Of a stretch of 64,000 nt of DNA, positions 59,750 through 64,000 are shown piece by piece (the first letter of the stretch is position 1; every line of letters begins with the position of its first letter). The notes beneath the pieces are model-generated. The model made no database searches and had not been told where the DNA came from. It saw only the letters and a list, made by a program, of their open reading frames with translations. The translations under genes were made by a program, and so were the position numbers. This stretch comes from an uncultured Mycoplasma sp. GTDB lineage: Bacteria > Bacillota_I > Bacilli_A > RF39 > UBA660. The stretch covers positions 3,122-67,121 of the forward strand of contig CAMEXD010000005.1 in the NCBI GenBank assembly GCA_945947035.1. The letters run 5' to 3'.

Positions 59750-60535
59750 ATGGGATTTAAATTTAAAAAAAGATTAGGTCAAAATTTTTTGACACAATTA
59801 AGTATTACAAGAAAAATTGCACAAGTTATCGATGATAAAGAAAATTCTTTAGTAATCGAAATAGGATGTGGAGATGGAAGACTTACTAAACAATTATGCA
59901 AATTATATCCAAGAGTTTTAGGATATGAGATAGATAAAGAAGTTATACCATACTTATATAATAATCTTAAAAATACTAATAATTGCATAATAGTATGTGA
60001 TGATTTTATGAAAAGAGATTTAGAAAAAGATATATTAACATATAATTATGATAAATTATATATATTTGGTAATTTACCTTATTATATAACAACTCCAATT
60101 ATTGAAAAATTAATAAATAGTAATCTAGATATTGATGAGATGGTATTTTTAGTACAAAAAGAAGTAGGAGATAGATTTGTTGCAAAAGTTGGTTCAAAAG
60201 ATTATGGATCAATAACTGTGTTTTTAAATTACTATTATGATTTAAAAAAAGAGTTTTTTGTATCTAGAAAAAACTTTGAACCTGTTCCAAATGTTGATAG
60301 TGTCGTTGTCTCTTTTAAAAAGAAAGAAAATCCTTGTAAGGCAAATAACGAAGAATTATTCTTTAAACTTGTAAAAGATAGCTTTACTCATAAAAGAAAG
60401 ACATTAAAAAACAACTTAGAAGGTTATAATTTAGAAAAAGTATTAGAAATTTTAAATAAATATGATTTAGATTTATCTGTTAGAGCAGAACAAATTCCTT
60501 TAGAAATATTTGTTGAGATAGCTAATAATTTATAA
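59750..60535 (+). CDS. rsmA: 16S rRNA dimethyladenosine transferase RsmA (KsgA)
   Basis: RLGQNFL, EIGCGDG and GNLPYYITTPII motifs. Confidence 0.95.
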   Translation: MGFKFKKRLGQNFLTQLSITRKIAQVIDDKENSLVIEIGCGDGRLTKQLCKLYPRVLGYEIDKEVIPYLYNNLKNTNNCIIVCDDFMKRDLEKDILTYNYDKLYIFGNLPYYITTPIIEKLINSNLDIDEMVFLVQKEVGDRFVAKVGSKDYGSITVFLNYYYDLKKEFFVSRKNFEPVPNVDSVVVSFKKKENPCKANNEELFFKLVKDSFTHKRKTLKNNLEGYNLEKVLEILNKYDLDLSVRAEQIPLEIFVEIANNL

Positions 60536-60587
60536 AAATATTAATATAAATAATAAATGTAGCATATGATTACTTAGAGGTGATTAT

Positions 60588-61379
60588 ATGCTTTTTGATG
60601 TTGGAGATTTAGTTACAAGAACATCACACAATAATGATACAATCTTTAAAATTATAGATATTAAACAAAATATTGCGATTTTAAAGGGCGTTAATATTCG
60701 TTTAATTGCAGATAGTGATATAAGTGATTTAAATCCCGTAAAAAAAGATGAAGCTGATATAACAAAAGATGATAGAACACTAATTAATAATATGGAAGAA
60801 TTTATAAATCTAAATAGAGATGAATATTTTTATTTGCCTGGTAAAATACTTCATATTGATGCAGATAAAGACTATTTAGACAGGTGTATGAAATTTTATA
60901 AAGAAATGAATGTTTTATCATATGGCGTTGTAGAAAAAGAAGTAGATGTGGCGGGAAAAATTGTTAATTATTTAGAAAAAATAAACCCTGATATTTTAGT
61001 AATAACAGGACATGATGCATTCTACAACAAGACAGAAAACTATAATGATAATTCAAATTATAAAAATAGTACAAATTTTATTAATGCAGTAAAAGCTGCA
61101 AGAAGTTATGAAAAAGATCATGGTAAATTAATTATAATCGCAGGTGCTTGTCAATCTAATTATGAGGAACTTATTAAAGCAGGATCTAATTTTGCTTCTA
61201 GTCCAAAAAGAATAAATATTCATGCCTTAGATCCTGCAATAATTGCAACAAGTGTTAGTTTATCTAGTAAAAGTAAGGATATAGATTTGTTAAAAATATT
61301 AGAAAAGACTAAATATGGTACAGATGGTGTTGGCGGAATTATTACCAGTGGTACTATGTATATAGGGTATCCAAGATGA
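60588..61379 (+). CDS. yabG: sporulation-specific protease YabG (peptidase U57)
   Basis: Collinear with B. subtilis YabG (GDLVTR..., ILVITGHDA, IIAGACQSNYEELIKAGSNFASSPKRINIHALDP). The ksgA-yabG-veg order is conserved. Confidence 0.9.
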   Translation: MLFDVGDLVTRTSHNNDTIFKIIDIKQNIAILKGVNIRLIADSDISDLNPVKKDEADITKDDRTLINNMEEFINLNRDEYFYLPGKILHIDADKDYLDRCMKFYKEMNVLSYGVVEKEVDVAGKIVNYLEKINPDILVITGHDAFYNKTENYNDNSNYKNSTNFINAVKAARSYEKDHGKLIIIAGACQSNYEELIKAGSNFASSPKRINIHALDPAIIATSVSLSSKSKDIDLLKILEKTKYGTDGVGGIITSGTMYIGYPR

Positions 61380-61594
61380 TGAAAATAGAAAAAACAAGAT
61401 CTTTTATTGAAGATAATTTAAATAAAAAAATAAACTTTAAATTTAATGGTAATAGAAATATGGTTGAAGAATTTAGTGGTGAAATAGTTAAGACTTATAA
61501 ATGCGTTTTTTTAGTTAAAGTAGATAATCAAGATGTTCTAAGATCATTTTCTTATTCTGATGTTTTAATTGGAAGTTTAGAGTTATTTGTTTAA
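61376..61594 (+). CDS. veg: Veg (biofilm formation stimulator, DUF1021)
   Basis: 72 aa with a Veg-like pattern ([25 protein letters not shown]...[10 protein letters not shown]). Confidence 0.85.
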   Translation: MMKIEKTRSFIEDNLNKKINFKFNGNRNMVEEFSGEIVKTYKCVFLVKVDNQDVLRSFSYSDVLIGSLELFV

Positions 61595-61719
61595 CGATTT
61601 ATATACATTTTTTATGTATAATTTTTTTAAAAATATTGACATTTATAATAGATTTACTTAAAATTATAAGTAAGAAGCAGTTTGCTCTTAATTGCTTTTT
61701 GAAAAAGGAGGAACAGAAG

Positions 61720-61977
61720 ATGAAAATAACATCAGTAAATGTACGTAAAATTGAAAAAGAAGGATCTCGTATGAAAGGAATTGCATCAGTTTTAATAGAC
61801 GACGCATTTGCAGTTCATGATATCCGTATCATTGAAGGAGACAATGGTTTATTTATAGCTATGCCAAGTAGAAAAACTGCAACTGGAGGATATCGCGATA
61901 TAGCTCATCCAATTAATCCTGAAACACGTACAAAGTTTGAAGAAGCTATCTTAGAAGCATATAAAACTGCTGAATAA
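61720..61977 (+). CDS. spoVG: septation/sporulation regulator SpoVG
   Basis: [65 protein letters not shown]. Terminator AAATCCC-TTTT-GGGATTT plus Ts at 61989-62011. Confidence 0.95.
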   Translation: MKITSVNVRKIEKEGSRMKGIASVLIDDAFAVHDIRIIEGDNGLFIAMPSRKTATGGYRDIAHPINPETRTKFEEAILEAYKTAE

Positions 61978-62056
61978 TATAGTTAATTAAATCCCTTTTG
62001 GGATTTTTTTTGTTATATATTAAAAATTCTTTTCATATACTTTATTGGAGGTTATT

Positions 62057-62356
62057 ATGGATAAAAATATAAGTAGTTTAAATGGTATTAGTCAAAATCA
62101 TGGTATTAGCATTAATGAAAGAAAAAGTATGTATATAACAGGAGTTATAAAAATTGATAGATTTGATGAAGAAGAATTTTTAATTGAAACTACTATGGGA
62201 TATCTTGTTATTAAAGGCACTAATTTAGAAATAGTAAAATTAGATACTAAAGATGGAATTATATCTATAAAAGGTTCATTTATTAGTCTAAGCTATATCG
62301 AAGAATTAAAAAAATTAAATAAGGAAAATAGTGTATTTAATAAATTATTCAAATGA
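62057..62356 (+). CDS. yabP: sporulation protein YabP
   Basis: ITGVIKIDRFDEEEFLIETTMGYLVIKGTNLEIVKLDTKDGIISIKG pattern. RBS GGAGG. Confidence 0.88.
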   Translation: MDKNISSLNGISQNHGISINERKSMYITGVIKIDRFDEEEFLIETTMGYLVIKGTNLEIVKLDTKDGIISIKGSFISLSYIEELKKLNKENSVFNKLFK

Positions 62357-62631
62357 AATTAGATGTTCAAATTATATCAATATTATTTTATATTTTTTAT
62401 GGAATTTTTTATGCAATATGCTTTAATTTGTTTTATACTTACTTATTTTATAGTAATAAATATATTGTTTTTATAAGTAATATAATATTTATGCTAATTG
62501 TGTTTTTTATTTTTGCTCTTACAAATACACTTATAAACCATGGAGTTATACATATTTATTTTTTAGCAATTTTTCTATCTTCTTTTTTCTTTGGAAATAA
62601 AATATTTAAAAAAATAAGATGTAAACTTTAG
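62353..62631 (+). CDS. yabQ: spore cortex biosynthesis protein YabQ
   Basis: 92-aa, 3-TM protein. ATGA overlap with yabP and conserved order. Confidence 0.75.
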   Translation: MKLDVQIISILFYIFYGIFYAICFNLFYTYLFYSNKYIVFISNIIFMLIVFFIFALTNTLINHGVIHIYFLAIFLSSFFFGNKIFKKIRCKL

Positions 62632-62695
62632 AGATATTTTGTCACATTTGTTGAAAAAACACTTTACTTTTGCTAAAATAATAATGAATAGGTAG

Positions 62696-62995
62696 GTGAA
62701 GTGTGTGGCAAGAAAAAAATCAAAAAAATCAATAAGACGTATGATTGTTTTTGGTATGCTTTGTCTTGCTGTAAACGTAGCTATTATTTATTCATTATTT
62801 AATACCTGGACTGAAATATATGAAAAAAAACAAGAAAAAAAAGATTTAAGTGAAAGTTTAGTTGTTTTAAAAGAAGAAGAAGAAAGTTTAAAAGTTGAAC
62901 TTAATAAATTAAAAGATCCATCATATGTTGCAAAATATGCAAGAGAAAAATTGTTTTATTCAGAAAGTGATGAGTATATTATTAAAATAAAATAA
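62696..62995 (+). CDS. divIC: cell division protein DivIC/FtsB (septum formation initiator)
   Basis: GTG start, a single TM helix, then a coiled coil and KLKDPSYVAKYAREKL. Confidence 0.85.
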   Translation: MKCVARKKSKKSIRRMIVFGMLCLAVNVAIIYSLFNTWTEIYEKKQEKKDLSESLVVLKEEEESLKVELNKLKDPSYVAKYAREKLFYSESDEYIIKIK

Positions 62996-63077
62996 TAACT
63001 TTTGTTATTATTTTTTTGCATATTATATTGATTTTATTATAATTTTAAATTAATATATTGTATCAAGGAGAAATTTT

Positions 63078-64000
63078 ATGAATGATGTTTATTTATATTT
63101 AAAAAAATTACTTAAAAATGATGATGTTATAGTACTTGGTTGTTCTGGTGGACCAGATTCTATGGCACTTTTAGATTTACTTATTAAAGTAAGATGTGAA
63201 AAAAATATAAAAATAATCTGTGCCCATGTTAATCATAATGTTAGAAAAGCATCATTTAAAGAAAAAATATTTGTAGAAAACTATTGTAAAAATAATGATG
63301 TTGTTTTTGAATATATGCTTATTGAAAAATATGGTGATGATAATTTTCATAATGAAGCAAGAACAATTAGATATCATTTCTTTAATAGTTTAATAAAAAA
63401 ATATAATGCAAATTACTTAACAACAGCTCATCATGGTGATGATTTAGTAGAAACTATTTTAATGAGAATAGTAAGAGGATCAACCCTAAATGGTTATGCA
63501 GGATTTGCTAAAGAAATAGATTATGGTAATTATAAATTAATAAGACCACTTATAACACATACCAAAGCTGAAATAGAAGAATATGACAAAAAAAACAATA
63601 TTTCTTATGTAATAGATAAATCAAACTTTAAAACAAAATATACTAGAAATAGATATCGTAAATATGTTTTGCCTTTTTTAAAAAGCGAAGAAAAAAATGT
63701 TCATGAAAAGTTTTTAAAATTTAGTAATGAACTTCTTATGTATGATAATTATATTGAAGAAGAAGTTAAAAATAATTTTGATAAAGTATATAATGATAAT
63801 AAATTGGATATAGAAAAATTTAATTCTCTAAAAGATTTATTAAAAAATAAAATAATTTATCGAATCTTAAAAGAATATTATCAAGATGATTTAATGCTTA
63901 TAACTGATGTCCATGTTTCATTAATTAAAAAATTAATTGATTCAAAAAGGGCATCTTCATATATTTATCTTCCTAATAATGTTAAAGTGGTAAAAAGTTA
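63078..64000 (+). CDS. tilS: tRNA(Ile)-lysidine synthase TilS (3' end outside the window)
   Basis: Not in the ORF track because it is open-ended. PP-loop VLGCSGGPDSMALLDL. RBS AAGGAGAAA. The frame is open to the window end. Confidence 0.9.
   Translation, partial: MNDVYLYLKKLLKNDDVIVLGCSGGPDSMALLDLLIKVRCEKNIKIICAHVNHNVRKASFKEKIFVENYCKNNDVVFEYMLIEKYGDDNFHNEARTIRYHFFNSLIKKYNANYLTTAHHGDDLVETILMRIVRGSTLNGYAGFAKEIDYGNYKLIRPLITHTKAEIEEYDKKNNISYVIDKSNFKTKYTRNRYRKYVLPFLKSEEKNVHEKFLKFSNELLMYDNYIEEEVKNNFDKVYNDNKLDIEKFNSLKDLLKNKIIYRILKEYYQDDLMLITDVHVSLIKKLIDSKRASSYIYLPNNVKVVKS

Overview
This window is the replication-origin region of a very AT-rich, endospore-forming Bacillota chromosome that uses the standard genetic code. 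The 72-nt mini SRP RNA together with sporulation genes hints at an Erysipelotrichia-like lineage, but that is inference only. Gene orientation diverges from a bipartite oriC flanking dnaA at about 27.8-29.7 kb. The left arm runs on the minus strand: rpmH-rnpA-yidC-jag-mnmE-mnmG-rsmG ... noc-soj-spo0J-DUF951-abgT-ychF ... secA. The right arm runs on the plus strand: dnaA-dnaN ... recF-gyrB-gyrA-ffs-tadA-dnaX-ybaB-recR-bofA-holB-yaaT-pth-mfd-spoVT ... metG-tatD ... rsmA-yabG-veg-spoVG-yabP-yabQ-divIC-tilS. No rRNA gene, tRNA gene or CRISPR array was seen. Several accessory or unusual elements sit on this conserved backbone. (1) Five perfect parS palindromes (39.78-40.65 kb) are followed directly by a ~1.2-kb array of five ~260-300-bp repeats. 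Each repeat carries a perfect Noc-binding-site palindrome (TATTTCCCGGGAAATA) inside a conserved ~72-nt core. The window also encodes ParA, ParB and a Noc paralogue with a ~165-aa low-complexity insert and no N-terminal extension. (2) A seven-gene cluster (54.98-59.68 kb) is built around a SipW-type signal peptidase. It has four paralogous TasA-like, SipW-signal-bearing proteins and two unknown membrane proteins. A fifth paralogue, fused to an FGE-sulfatase/lectin-like domain, lies 38 kb away. (3) An unrecognised three-gene operon (42, 369 and 493 aa) lies upstream of secA. (4) A Met-type T-box leader precedes a dUTPase-metG operon, next to an orphan Panacea (DUF4065) gene. (5) One IS3-family element has an A7G frameshift site. 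(6) The left end holds repeated intergenic modules and SEC-C tail remnants. All functional calls come from reading motifs in the translations and no database search was run.
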